Shown here piece by piece: positions 25,558 to 39,043 of a stretch of DNA of 64,000 nucleotides. Numbering within the stretch: the stretch's first letter is position 1; each line of letters opens with the position of its first letter. The DNA comes from Nemertoderma westbladi (Eukaryota; Animalia; Xenacoelomorpha). The stretch spans positions 63,417 to 127,416 of the forward strand of contig JAUCBJ010008813.1 in NCBI GenBank assembly GCA_032718475.1. The letters run 5' to 3'. Under the pieces are notes generated by a model that made no database searches, was not told the DNA's origin, and was given only the letters and a program-made list of their open reading frames with translations. A program made the translations under genes and the position numbers.

Positions 25558-27391
25558 GCTATGTGTTACTAAGTTATGTAAGTTGCAGTTGGTAGGTAAT
25601 TCTAACATTTTAACTGAACTATCCAGGCCGACCCTGTATAGAGTTGTATTGTAATTTATACATCTTCCCTGTAAAAATAAATTATTTAAAATAAAAACAT
25701 AAAAGATATAAGTATAATAACTGTTTCAAAATATAACTCGTTCCTTGGGCCTTCGCTCAATGCTCAATGGGTCGGCACTATTTCAACTCTGGAAGTATTG
25801 TGATAGACTACATATCTGTTCCGAGTTTGGTTTAATTCATCGACGATTAGTCGAGGTTTATTAGCCGTCAAACATTAGCCGACATGCTAAACTTAAACTC
25901 CCATATTTCGTCGCTCGCCCCTCAACCATAAAGAATGTAACTTAATTTATAAAAAGTAATTTGTTAAGAAAATAACCTATAAAGTACCGGCATGAATTCT
26001 AAGAAATTGGTTTTTAATGACCACATTGCTACGATGTTGCACGGCTAGAGATTTAGCGCTCTTTTAATTTATTAAAAAGTATAAAACTTTACCGGAAATT
26101 CTTTGTTAATTTTTATTTCTAAATTATAAAATAAATAAATTTTTAAATTATTTGTATAGTTATTCCTTTATTAAACTGCACATTATGTTTTTTCCTTAAA
26201 ACACACACATTGCTTGGTACAACAGTGTTTACTTAAACCAAAATAAATATTTTAAAATGATAAACTTTCTTTATCTTGTTAAATTATTTAATTTTTAGCC
26301 GTTAGACTTTCCAAAATTGCAAAATTTCCTAAAAATAAAAACAAAAACCAGGACTTAGTGTTTACTGGTCGAATAGCTTTATGTCAATTATATTGGTTTT
26401 AAACTCATCCGCGTCTAGATATTCTTGTTGATTTTGTTATGGTGCTAATTCTCTTTGTTAGGAAAGTTGAATAATCAATCTCTTAAAGTTACACTGAGTT
26501 AATCACTGCGGTGTTAATGGTATAAACACTTAGCAATTATTGTTTGTCTATCATAATAATATTATCCTAAATTATTTGATATTGAAGATTAAATTGTTTT
26601 TTTCGTGATATACCATATTTTCTTATACGACACCTCACTCTCCCTCTCTGGCGAGTAAAGCTTTCTTGGTAATGGGAATTTACCTGCTGTGATATGGCAG
26701 ACCAAGTAATAATAATAATAATAATTTTATTTTCAAGATACCTCACAAACAATACAGATGCACCGCACCAAAAATTGTATGAAACAGTAATATAATTACT
26801 AAACGTTATTGTTTATCAGTCTCCATTGACTGGTGCCTACAATTTTAGGAGATTACCTAGACACAATAGCAAAGCTAGTGCTGTGCCTGGGTAACCTTTT
26901 ACTAACATGTTGATTTGCGAGGGGGGGGGGGGGGGGGATTGGCGGTATGACGCCAAAGAATTGAGTAACCATCTTATACACCTGAGAATGATAACTGCGG
27001 GAAGCCAACCCAGAGTACTCCCGCAAGGACCTTCTCACTGACCAGATGTGGTCGATATGTCAAAGGATAACTGTAACCGATGTTACGCAGAGGGTATAAT
27101 TCTAAGAGATGTGACAGACTGGATAATTGAAACCGATGAGTAAGAGTGGAAAATTGTAACCAATATTTCAAGGTAGATAAATGTACTCTCACTGTAGTAC
27201 TACTCACTGAGGTAAGGTTCCTCAATAAGAGATTGTAGAATACCTCATTACTTAATTAATGTCCCCTAATCACATTAAGACCTCACAAAATTCCGACTGA
27301 GGTCTAGAATATATGTGCCAGGTGTCAATCAGGAAAAATGGATTATAAACAAAAACAATAATACGAATGATTTCAGCCCCCTAGCGGTAGA

Positions 27392-29078
27392 TAGAGGCGT
27401 AGCGAGCACTTCTGGTGCCCGGGGGAATGAAGCTGAGATCCCCCCCCCCCCCCCCTCCCCGCCTTCAATAATTTTAACTTTTCATTTATGGCGGTTTTTT
27501 TATATTATATATATATTTTTATATATATATGTGAAGTCACTCGTGTAATAACCATTGCCAATGTTGAGCTATATCGAGACAATCGGTGGTCCATCACGGC
27601 GAATTGGTATTTTACTCGGTAGAGAGTGCTTCCACCATAAGCAAACACATTACAATGGAAAACAACCCATGTAATACATTAGGAGGCCGGTTAGTGCGTG
27701 ATATGACAAGGCATTTATGGGATTAATGTACATTACCGCCCTTATTGTCACAATATCACCACGATATACCGCATGTGTAGCCAGCCAATTATCACCTTGC
27801 TACTACCACAAGGGATAATATGCTTGTTGCATTGTTGTGCCTCACGATACTCCGGCCCATTTTAGTCATAATATCGTCTCTGAATGACCTTTTAATTAAT
27901 CTGTCATTCTACCAATCTGTACGAGCGTATATGCGATGCGCGTAGGTTAGAATACCCTGTTATTATTTGTAGAGTCTGATAATGTTTAGTTAGGTTTTAA
28001 GAGGACTAAAATAATTAACTATTAACTAATTTGAGCATAATTATTTGTACAAATGCACCGAGATTGCATGTACTTGTAGTGCATTGCAATGCATGTAGGG
28101 CAAAGAGTAATATATTAAGTGTTATGTGTAAACTCAACGATATTATGTTTTCCGGGATGGTTGCCTATCTTATCTAACTCTCCGAGATTAGATTCCGAGA
28201 TGTTCCGAGATATCTAGAAGAGGGACTGGACAACACAAAGAACCGCCAATCCCGGTCAGTGAGTAGGACGTAAACCCTTGCACTTGTCTTGTCCATTAGC
28301 CTGAACAAAGCATTGGTAAGCGTGTTTCACCCCTGTTGTCACTTGCTCCCGCTTTGAGTTAGGAAACAGACCCGAATTGTCGTTCTGGAACACCATAACA
28401 AGTAAGTGTCAGAAATAAAGTGCTCAATTAGTGATTAATTACAAATCCAAAAAAATCAAACTAATGATTATTACATTTTACAAATTTGAGATATGTAACT
28501 AATGCATCTGGTTTACTGTGAAATTGCGCGTTGGAGATTAGCTTCTGATTGAAATCAACAAACTTAAAGCCGATAACGTTACGAGTCCGTAACGTTATTA
28601 CGAACTGTCCAAACACGCACGGCTATACAACTAGAACAAAATAAGTTGGACTCACAATAACCACCTTGCGTTCGTGCGCGTACAATATAACAGTAGGCCT
28701 ATATACTATATCAAATCCTCAAATCGATTATATACAAGTTTGATATGGTGCAATTATAATATAATTATTATATTAACATTATATATATATATATATAACA
28801 GTAGGCCTATATACTATATCAAATCCTCAAATCTATTATATACAAGTTTGATATAGTGCAATTATAATATATTGAATGGCGAGCAAAGTGAGCCGAGAAA
28901 AAGGTTACATTTTTCGCTTATGACACATGTCCTGTATACTGTATCATAATCCCTGAATTTTCACTGATTTGTCTTATTTTTACAAGAATACCCTGACATT
29001 TGCCTGGCATTTCAGCGCCCCCTGGTGAGCGCGCCCGGGGGAACATTCCCCCCTCCCCACCCCCTCGCTACGCCTCTG
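27392..29078. mobile_element. Non-autonomous hAT-type DNA transposon
   Basis: TIRs TAGAGGCGTAGCGAG and CTCGCTACGCCTCTG; perfect 8-bp TSD GCGGTAGA at 27384-27391 and 29079-29086. Confidence 0.9.
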
Positions 29079-30575
29079 GCGGTAGACTTGTGAACTGCCG
29101 AGGGATTACCTCGAAGGACAGTACCTGTAGTTTCTTTCACCTCTAGTGTTCAGCATGTCGGCCTGATATAGAGCTACACTACATGAGTGTATCCATATCA
29201 TTATTCAATCGGGAATCGGGTGCTATTAAATCATCTATACATGAAACTTATTTGGGATCTGGGGAAGAAGGGATTTGCCAACAATCATTTTCTTAAATTC
29301 TATGCATAAACAGTTCTCTATTTCCAATTTCGTATTCATACAACCAGGCATATATAATAATCAGTTTATTACAGAGTCGTATCTCAATATAACACAACAA
29401 CAATACTCATTGACACAATTGTAACCAATTTCAAATTGTAAATTTGTATTGTTTTACTACCTAATAAAAAGTACTAGCTAACACAAAATCTAAATTTCTA
29501 GCTATAATCTTACTGTATTTGTTCTAGAACAAAATCCTCATGCTAAAAGCTATTCTTCCCAAGAAAAAATTGGACTTCTGGATTTCTCTCACAAAAAACC
29601 TCTTTATCTAATACTGTTTAATTTAATTTGATTATCCGGCTTAAATTCGCCCACGCAAATTCCTTCAAGTTGCCGTAAATGTTGAGCAACTTTTACGGCA
29701 ACTTTTTTTCAGGAATGGATCATGTTATAGTTTATAATGTCGATAAATTGAATTAATTTGAGCAACAAAAACAAAAATTATTATTTATTTATTACATAAA
29801 TCAGTTAATGTAATTAAACTTTAGGTTAATTTATAAGTAATTAATAAATATATATATAATATCTATTTTTTCAAAGGAATGTATTTTAATCATAACAGTA
29901 AATAAACAAGTAGACTATAGAATAAACATTGAACAAACCACAGCAACATTATTAATTAATTTACAAGTTTGGTCTAATTAACAATTGGAATATAATAACT
30001 AATCTCCAGACGTTAATGCAGCTAGTTTAAATAATGTATGTATGCGTAATCATTAAGTAAGGTTGGTGGGGTGATGAAGATAAAAAAAGGAAAAATAAAA
30101 AATGACTCATAAATGACAAAGCAGACACAACTTAAAAGTGAGCTAAAGTTTATTGTCCAGGATAGTAGGATCCTTCTTTTCAACTGTTTGCAAACTTGTC
30201 GGATTCTGGAATTATCCGGATCCCAGATAAGATCAACTTAGAAAGAAAGAATTAATTAATTTCCTTGGCATTGAGAAAACATGTTCTACATCATTACAAA
30301 AAAAAAAACAATTGAACAGTTAGCCCGGTAGGGGTAATGTAAGAAGAAAAGTAGCTTACCCAAAAAGTTTATCAATAATTTAGTGGTCATTTCTTCCAAA
30401 TTAAAATTTGACAGTGCGATAATAAAAAACAACGCGCCTAGACGTACATATTACCCCTACGCCTACAGTTTGTACTTATTTTTTGTTATAATAATACCCC
30501 AAGATTGTATTTTTTTTACTTTACTCTTACGTAATTTTTTTATCCCTACAGTTTGTAATTTTTTACCCAATTATT

Positions 30576-32660
30576 TTATGTTCTGCGAGATTTTATGTAA
30601 ATTAATCTATTGGAATTTGTTTTAGATAAAAAGAAGCCAAGACGGCGACCCAACACTGCTAGTCTATCGTAACTCCAACAACCGAAACCGCCATCCACGT
30701 CTATAGTGCCCAGACAGGCCCTGTTGGAAACGTCGTAGACGCCAATACAATGACGTCCGTCGGCCTCAAAAGGAACCAACCAATGGGCGGTTGGCCCAAT
30801 GTAGAACAATTCTAATCCACCAATAGGATTCCAGGGGCCACAATCTAGAGTACTGAAGGTGCAATCAAACTCCAGGGAATTATTTGAATAATCCGCCCTG
30901 TACAAATAGACTTCCAATAAACTTTTGTTTATCTGATAGAATCCGAAATAGCTACCCAAAGAGCTGACCAAACGACCGGGGTTCTCTAATGCAGTTAAAC
31001 CTAGAACTTCGAGATTATTTGTGTCGATAATGATTACGTTATTGTTGCTAGTAGCAACCCAGCCGACACCAATGCCCGCACCCACGTGGACACCAACTAC
31101 TGTACCCGCAACCTCTCTCTTAAACTCATTGTTATAAATGCATAAATGCTTTATTTCGACTCTGTCGAGTCCTCGTCTCATACGGAAACCGAATACACAA
31201 TATTCAGTAGAAGCTAACCAATTGTTATTATCACCTCTCAAGAGTTTAACATGTTCCTTGTTGGGATATTCGCAAGCAGTTTGTCCAGTCAGGTCTACAG
31301 GCTGTCCACAACGTGAAAACTTATTTGTTTCTTTGCTGATATTAAATATCAAAATTCGGTTATTTTCAGCATCGCTCATAGCTAGATTATTGTGCCAATC
31401 TGTGCCAATCGTTCCAACTCTATTAACTCCAAACAACCCACAGTTTATTGTACAACTCTCGACTAGTTGGGGGACTTCTGGAACATTTTTCTGGTATACA
31501 TAACCATGAAGTCCTATTAAACGGTCGGTTTTAATTACCTCCGTTTGAGCCTGAACGTCATCAAGTATCTCATCTTCTCCATCCTTCTCATATGTTTGTG
31601 TTCCCACCGTCGTATTATTTAGCGCCTTGTCATCGATATCTTCGTGTTGACCGACTACAACCTTCCCAATTAATTTACTAAACGATTTTGAAATAACATT
31701 TTCTTCTACAGATTTAAATTTAATTTCTGGAAATTCAACAATTTCAATTTCATTTATCTCTATCGTAATGTCTTCGAAACGGCTAATAAGATCTTTAGCA
31801 CCATTAAGTTGGTCCATTAGTTCTGAGTTGTTCAAATTGTAGTAATGTTCCGATCCTTTCGGTAAGTCAATTTCCTTAAGATATTTTTTGGTTTTGGATA
31901 ATTTTTCTTTAGTTACAGAGTTTATATCTTGTACTTTTTGTTTCAACTTAATTTTAGCTGCTTCCAACATGTCTACCATGTTACCAATATGTTCGTCTAT
32001 TTCATTCACGCATCGTTCAGTAACTTCATCAAACAATTCTAAAACATTTTCACAAATTGATAATCGCGATTGCAATAAATTATTGACAATTCGAGGACTT
32101 TCTTCCAATTTAAATCTGAAGTTTTCAGCAACATCAGCAGAAGGTAATACATCATGATCGTTATTGTGATGGTCTTTACAGACAAGCTTCTCGCAAACAA
32201 GACAGAATTGAGATGTTGAACATATATGAGGGACCCTAATCTTAGGCCTGGCTCCAGGCTGTTGTTTATCCTTTGAAGTTGGACCCATCTTGTCTTCAGT
32301 CTCAACACAAGATTCGTGCTGGTTTCGCTCATGGTGTAACTCGCACTCGTTACAGATTTCCAGATGACAATCTTTGCAAGGTGTTGTACCTTTCTCTTTG
32401 TTACAGCGCTCACAGACTTTACTCTCTCTAAATGTGTCTACCAACGAACCTACCAGATGGTTCTGCGCCAGGCCCGACAAAGATTCCACCTTCGTTACAA
32501 TTCTACATTTGGGACATTCCAATGTAAAAGCGTCGCCAACTTCTTTTGAAAGGTCTTTAATGCAACTGAAACAAAAAGTATGCTGGCAAGAGAGAACTCT
32601 TGGGTTTAGGAGAATTCTGAAACACATAGGGCATTCTAAGTCACGTTCGATTCGATCCAT
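30576..32660 (-). CDS. Intronless TRIM-type E3 ubiquitin ligase (RING-HC, B-box, degenerate second B-box, coiled coil, divergent NHL-like beta-propeller)
   Basis: 694-aa ORF. RING: CPMC..CQHTFCFSC..CPKC. B-box: CERC..CKDC..CNEC..HH. Helical middle region; AMSDAENNRILIF is an NHL-like blade. Confidence 0.9.
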   Translation of the reverse strand: MDRIERDLECPMCFRILLNPRVLSCQHTFCFSCIKDLSKEVGDAFTLECPKCRIVTKVESLSGLAQNHLVGSLVDTFRESKVCERCNKEKGTTPCKDCHLEICNECELHHERNQHESCVETEDKMGPTSKDKQQPGARPKIRVPHICSTSQFCLVCEKLVCKDHHNNDHDVLPSADVAENFRFKLEESPRIVNNLLQSRLSICENVLELFDEVTERCVNEIDEHIGNMVDMLEAAKIKLKQKVQDINSVTKEKLSKTKKYLKEIDLPKGSEHYYNLNNSELMDQLNGAKDLISRFEDITIEINEIEIVEFPEIKFKSVEENVISKSFSKLIGKVVVGQHEDIDDKALNNTTVGTQTYEKDGEDEILDDVQAQTEVIKTDRLIGLHGYVYQKNVPEVPQLVESCTINCGLFGVNRVGTIGTDWHNNLAMSDAENNRILIFNISKETNKFSRCGQPVDLTGQTACEYPNKEHVKLLRGDNNNWLASTEYCVFGFRMRRGLDRVEIKHLCIYNNEFKREVAGTVVGVHVGAGIGVGWVATSNNNVIIIDTNNLEVLGLTALENPGRLVSSLGSYFGFYQINKSLLEVYLYRADYSNNSLEFDCTFSTLDCGPWNPIGGLELFYIGPTAHWLVPFEADGRHCIGVYDVSNRACLGTIDVDGGFGCWSYDRLAVLGRRLGFFLSKTNSNRLIYIKSRRT

Positions 32661-35210
32661 TGAGTTCGATTCGACCCTTATAACTATTGAAGATAACGTT
32701 GCAGACTGACTATTATTGAAATTTACATAAAATTTATAAAAAAATCACTAAATTATCTTACAATTAATTAATGTGTAATTAATTTTTGCAGTTTAAGTAT
32801 TGTTTTATTTCAACTAGCCTGTCTATAACGTATAACATTACACGAGTAATATAAGTCGTCAATAAGTCGAACTAACATCTAATATGTTCCCTAATATATC
32901 AGACGAGTATCAGACCAACTATTGGACCCTTCATTGTCCGGATAATGTTTGTTGATGATACGAGATATTCATTTCCAAAGTTCATTGACTTATTTCCAAT
33001 TGGCTTATATGGAATGCGGAAATAATTATTGGGTGAAGTGGTAAACCTTATACTTGGTTGTGGGTATTGTGAGGATATTATGATGTATATATGTGTGCAA
33101 ACAACTGAGTAACACTCCCAGAGAACCGAACTGACACTGTTAGAGGGTGGGTCAATATTGGTAAATAGTTGTTGTCGTTTATTGTTACCATTTTGACATG
33201 CTAATAACTTTGTCGAATTTAAAGCTGTTGAGTTGAAAATTTGTAGGAATTAATAAAACCAAAAGTTGTGATTTTTACGACCTTTAGATACCATTAGTTC
33301 AACTTTCTGCAGCTAGAGGGCCGTTCAAGCTGATATTTGGCAGATTTGCACTAGGCCATTAGGCAGATAAACATGCAAGACAGTAAACCATATATTGGCT
33401 ACATCTTTGTTGGGACGGTAATCCCTCGGCAGTTCTCCAGTCTACCGCTAGTGGGCTGAAATGAAAAGATTTTAGAAATATCTAAAATGAAAAATTATAT
33501 GTTTTTTTGCTGAATCAGAAGTGGCAGGGTGTTGGATTGTATGATACTGACATCATACAATACATAACTAACTCTAGGTAAAATTGGACGACTTATTGGT
33601 CAGAACTTTTAGAGAACGTTTAGAGACTGTCATTATCATTTATAGTTATGATGGTTTATATTATCATTTAAAAGTTTTGTCTTAATTAAGAAGAACCTAA
33701 TGACTTAATTATATAATTTTTGGTTGAAGCAGTATCCCCCCCCCCCCCCACTTGGACCCTTCCCATGTCCAATGGAAGTATTGTGAATATTAATATCATA
33801 TAATGAATATTTATGTTTACTCGTAATTTGTAATTTATAACCATTGACCTGTCATTAGCAACAAATTATTCTTTCAAAACTTGGGGTAATGTAATTGAAT
33901 GGTGTAACCTTTAACTCACTAACTGTAACCTTCGACTCAGTATTTTGTAACCTGCTTTGACTTGCCATTTTCGAAAGATAAATTTTGTAACCTTCGACAC
34001 GTTGTAACCTTTGACTCTTTGTAACTTTCGACGCGGAATCCGGTGTGACTGGGTGGACTAGAGCAAGCGCTCCTTGGAATGAGGGAGCTGGAAGTATAGG
34101 GTGGATACGGGGCATTTTAATAACTAAATTAAGTTTAGATCAATTAAAACCACATTTCTTATAGCAAATCACTTGAACTAATTAAAAACTATAATGGAAT
34201 GGGGTATGAGGATTACATCTGTATAATTTTTAAGTATAATTATTAAAATCTTCTCCTAGAAAATAACTAATTACAATTAAAGGACAGTCAGAAAAATCTA
34301 AGCTCAGAATAGGATAAGCTCGCTTACTTTCGTGGCTCGCCCCACCAACTTTGTACGAAGTTACACTACCATCAATCTGATTGGCTGACTCACATAGCAA
34401 ACTTCTCCTTTAATATGCCTATAAATGTAAGTTAAATATCTTTATATACTTTACTACCTTTTGAGAAATTAAAGATTTTCGATCTTTAAATAATATTATT
34501 AGTGGAGTGGTTACAGATGATCGTTTCGGATTATTTCTGTATATAATTTCTGTAAGTATGTGAGAACAGCACTAATAATCGCCTTTGAAAATTCATATAT
34601 TTCAATGCATTACTGCTGTTATTACAGGTATTCCTGTTTGTTTTGTTACCAACGGTTTCCCTACGGAGCTGGAGCCAGACTCCCTAAATTTTATATCCAA
34701 ATATAAGATTAAACAATAAGACCTGATTCGTATCTGGTACTTTCGCATCTTAAGTCTGCGGCTTTACGTAAATAACAACAACAACAACAACAAAAATTAC
34801 ATTCCTCTTTGACACTTTCCCTCTTTCCTACTTTCCTACAACAACTATATATCTCTATTAAAGAGTCAGTTTCGTTATAAAACTTCATACATACATAGGC
34901 CTACATTCTGCAAAAGTGTTATAACCCTTATAGGCCTGTCTGCTGTCTCTACTTTGCATAGAGTAATTTACTATTTACACACAATTAATAATTAGGTAAT
35001 TATAATATTACTTTACATGTACTCCCCGCGTCACACAGCACACAGACCGGCGTTAGAATATGTGCCTCGCTCCTATTTGGATGCGGGAATGGCAAGCTGT
35101 AGTCGTAGTCGTGCGATTTCACCAATGTTTTCACTGGAGTGTGAGTCTCACCCACCCAGATAGTCGACATTATCGGACCAGTGTGTCACTGGTGTAGATC
35201 AGATTCGGTG

Positions 35211-36710
35211 CAGTGGCGGATCCAAGGGGGGGCATACCAGGCGACCGCCGGGGGTGTCAAAAATTGGCCATCATAAGGAATTTAGAGAAATTCATGTTTA
35301 GTGCGAGCAGTTTAAAGTAAGGTTTGCTATTTCCTTATACATTGAACTGGTTACTACAGCAGCAGAAGGAGAGAGCTGTCGTCTCCAAAGCTATTATTAT
35401 TGGGAAATCACAAAATAGCACACGCACTCCCTATGCCATACTGTACAATTTCATGTTAAACCCAAGACAAACACGTGACCAGCAACACTCGACAGGCATG
35501 CTGTCCAACCACTATCAATGGCTGGCAGTGGGTGGCTTCCTGAGACTTGAAATCTAACCTTGGCTCAATGGGAGGAAGATATATTTAGCCTAAGCTTATT
35601 AGTCAACTGATTGCTTGAGACACACTCCCTTATTGCTAAACTCTGCCCCAGGGCTCCCCCCACTGCGTTATTTTAACACATCGCGCTATTTCCAAAATTT
35701 TGCATTATTCGACTATTATTGAGCAAAAAACATTAATGTTGCGTTATTTCTTGATTTTCTATAAAAAGAAAAGTAATGGAATTAATAAACTTTGTAAGTT
35801 ATAACTGCAATTATCAGATTATAATGGTGGCGATATATCAAAATTATATAAATAAAGTTGCACCTATAAGGAACTTTTACTTTGAGAATCTATCTTTGAT
35901 TTGGTCCCTCCCCTCCCCAATTACAAGACGAGGATTAACATTTAAATACATTTAAATTTCAATATAACTAAAATATTTCAGTTACTGTACGTTGAACAAT
36001 TTTTAATTCTATTCATTGCCACATCCATTGCCTACGAGCAATTTTGACTGAAATATACCTGGGGCCTATTTATACACAATACAGCCCAAAAATGCCGGTT
36101 TGGGACCTTTTCTCTCTTAACTGAATCCAAATCATTTTTAGCCAACATTACTCGACAGCCTTCTGGCGTTAGATCCTCTATGTTCCATATTTTAACTGAT
36201 TTCAGTCAGAATTGTTCGAGAAATACTTCCAGAATTATTCGAAACTTTACATCTTTCCTAAGATACTGTATACGTGAAAAATATCGTTTTAGCCATTTTA
36301 TTAATATCTTTACTTTATCTTGGGTGCCTTTGTGATGAAATTGCCGTATACAATTGAAAAAATGCTTGTGTGTTTTAAATCTCCATTAAATTCTGCACAG
36401 GATATGATCATTAAAATTTGACAATTGGGCCTGGAGCCCAGCCCAGTCAGGGAAATGATGTATTAAATTGGTTACCTTGTAGTCTTGGCTAGCCAATTTG
36501 GAATTTAGTCCTGTCTTTCTTTCTGTTGCTGCCACTTTATACTGTTATACAGTTGTTAAAAATTATTTTACACACATTTTGCACGTTATTTTAATCAAAA
36601 CAATAAACTAAACACAATAGAACAGGTTACAGCTTGAAGTACAAAAGGTGTATCAATGACATTTATTTTTGTTTCGCCTGCCCTGTGAAAAAATCCTGGA
36701 TCCGCCCCTG
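35211..36710. mobile_element. Non-autonomous hAT-type DNA transposon
   Basis: TIRs CAGTGGCGGATCCA and TGGATCCGCCCCTG; perfect 8-bp TSD ATTCGGTG at 35203-35210 and 36711-36718. Confidence 0.92.
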
Positions 36711-37189
36711 ATTCGGTGTGAGTTAGTTTCACCTCCCTCTCCCTTCTTGCTGGGTGAGCCAGAATTTTTATTTTCGCTTTCAATATTTAGCTACCAGCCT
36801 TTGAAAAAATGTGACCCCGTTGATATTGAACCAGTTACACCGCAGTTATTCGTCAACCAAATAGTGATTAGTGGCCTAATGATGGAAAGCTGACCGACGT
36901 GCAAGGATTCCAAATATTATGTATAATTTGGTTGGGCGTTCGAAAGTTGAATTGTTTTGCATCTGGGCGTTTCTCATTTGCATCTTTTATTAAAATTTAT
37001 TTTAACTAGAACGCCATCAAGATAGCTTTAAACGAACCTGTCTTACACAGACTCCAAGAAACAGATGGGATTGGAAGATGCAAACCAAGAATGACTTGCA
37101 TCAACCAAACAAACTGCCTCCCATCTATTGTAAAACACAGTCTTACCGTATAAGTAAATCACAATCACAATTAGTCGAAGGGATACTGA

Positions 37190-37580
37190 GAAGAGGAGAT
37201 TAAACTTTTCCAAAAGAGGAGATTAAGCTGGGGATAGGTAAACTTGAAAGAAGGAAAGCCGCTGGTGCTGACCCTTTTCTTAATGAATTCTATTATCGTG
37301 GCTGAAGACGAGTTAATAACGCCGGTTGCAGTAATCTTCAATGAGGTACTACACTCAAGGTACTAAGGTCGGATGCAATCATTAATCCTATTTATAAAGG
37401 TAAAGGACATTAGGAGAACTGGTTAATTATAGGTGTATATCCCTGCATTGGAGTAATTTTTTAGAGTATTTCTGAGTTATTACCGCATGCTTATGCTGGT
37501 TTTCGGCCAGGTTAGTGTTTCGCACAGTAGACCAACTCTTCACTTTACGCGGCCTAATTGGGTGACTACAAAATAAAGAC
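37190..37580 (+). mobile_element. Decayed LINE reverse-transcriptase fragment
   Basis: Broken frames give KLERRKAAGAD, IFNEVL, IINPIYKGKG, NYRCISL, AGFRPG and TVDQLFTLRGLI. Confidence 0.8.
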
Positions 37581-39043
37581 CCAATTAAGTAACGTGAATA
37601 ATCTTGTAACATTTGTTAACTCTCATTTATTGTTTTGGTTCCACCAACACGCCTATGTAGACTGCTCCTTTAATGGCGATGGGACCTAACGCGACTTTAC
37701 CTCATTGTTTTGTACAGAACGGACTGGTATTACCTTTTGTGTCAGCAAGCTGACAGGGGGGGGGGGGGGGAGTGTTAGTGGATTAATACCAAACCAATAA
37801 GCGTCATAATTAGGAGAGTAACAACTATGGATGAATTATTGGCTACAGAGTGAGTAATGGCATTACATGGTTATAAAACCACTAAGAAAGGTGTGAACTC
37901 ATGATGAGGTTCAAATCGAGTGTTAAATATTGCGTATTGGCAGACAGAACAATGATGCAATAAAGTACTGTAGGAGTGTAATACAGTAGGAACAATGCAT
38001 CTGGTTATTTGTTGCAGTAAAAGGGGACTATTATTACATAGAAAGGGAATACCAGGGATTACTCACGGCTGAGAGAGGGGTAGCTAACATTTTGGTGTAT
38101 AACAGGTGAAGGTGTTATTTGGATTATTATTAGAGATTTGTCAGATGTTGGTAGAGATTATTGTCAATATTGCGGTGTAGATAATATGGTGTTTCTGATT
38201 AAGAACTTCATTCCTTATGTGCATTTCTACATTAAATGTCACCTTTCCTATAACTCTCCTATATTACTTTACTGTTGTATATTATTGTGTTATTGTTATT
38301 ACGCTACTTCGCACCGTACGTGCAATAACTATTATTGGTGAGAGATATTAGATATTATCTAGTAAATGCCATTATACTACTACAAGTCAAACTGAACCAT
38401 CTTATTTGTGACACTGATTCCGGGGTCTAACGCATATCCTCGACAGGCTACTGGTTGACCAACAGCAGGTTTCCTGAGCGAAACCGGAAGTTACGTGGGA
38501 AGGCGAGAGCACACAATAGCATACAATAAAAAATTAAAAAAATTAACAAATTAGCTAGTGCTTTTTTTTGTTCTAGAACAAAACATATTTGTCCTAGAAC
38601 AAAATTTTTATGTTAAATGAATAGATAATTATGTTTTAGAACATTTAAAAAAAAAAAAAATCTAGCTAGTATAAAAAATTTAAACGTAACAAAATGTAAT
38701 TGTACCCGTAGAGTATATTACAATCTAAATATAATTATATTGAATATAATATAGGTGGCACGGCAAACTGTAAGAGAGCCCATGTTGTTTATGTATGAAA
38801 AGCTATGTAATAGCAAGGCCATCGTAATATTACAATGGCCTCCTTCACTATAACCTCAGAACCAGAAAGTCGTCAGAATCTCCCGGAATATGGTGTCGTA
38901 ATTCGAGACAGTTCGTGGCAAGTTATTCTAACCAAAACAATAAACGAAAATAAATAGTACGGGCTACAGTTATTTTTTGAGAGTATTAGTAGTAGTAGTA
39001 ATTAAATACATTGTATTTAAGGTACCGGTCTCTAAGCAACCTA

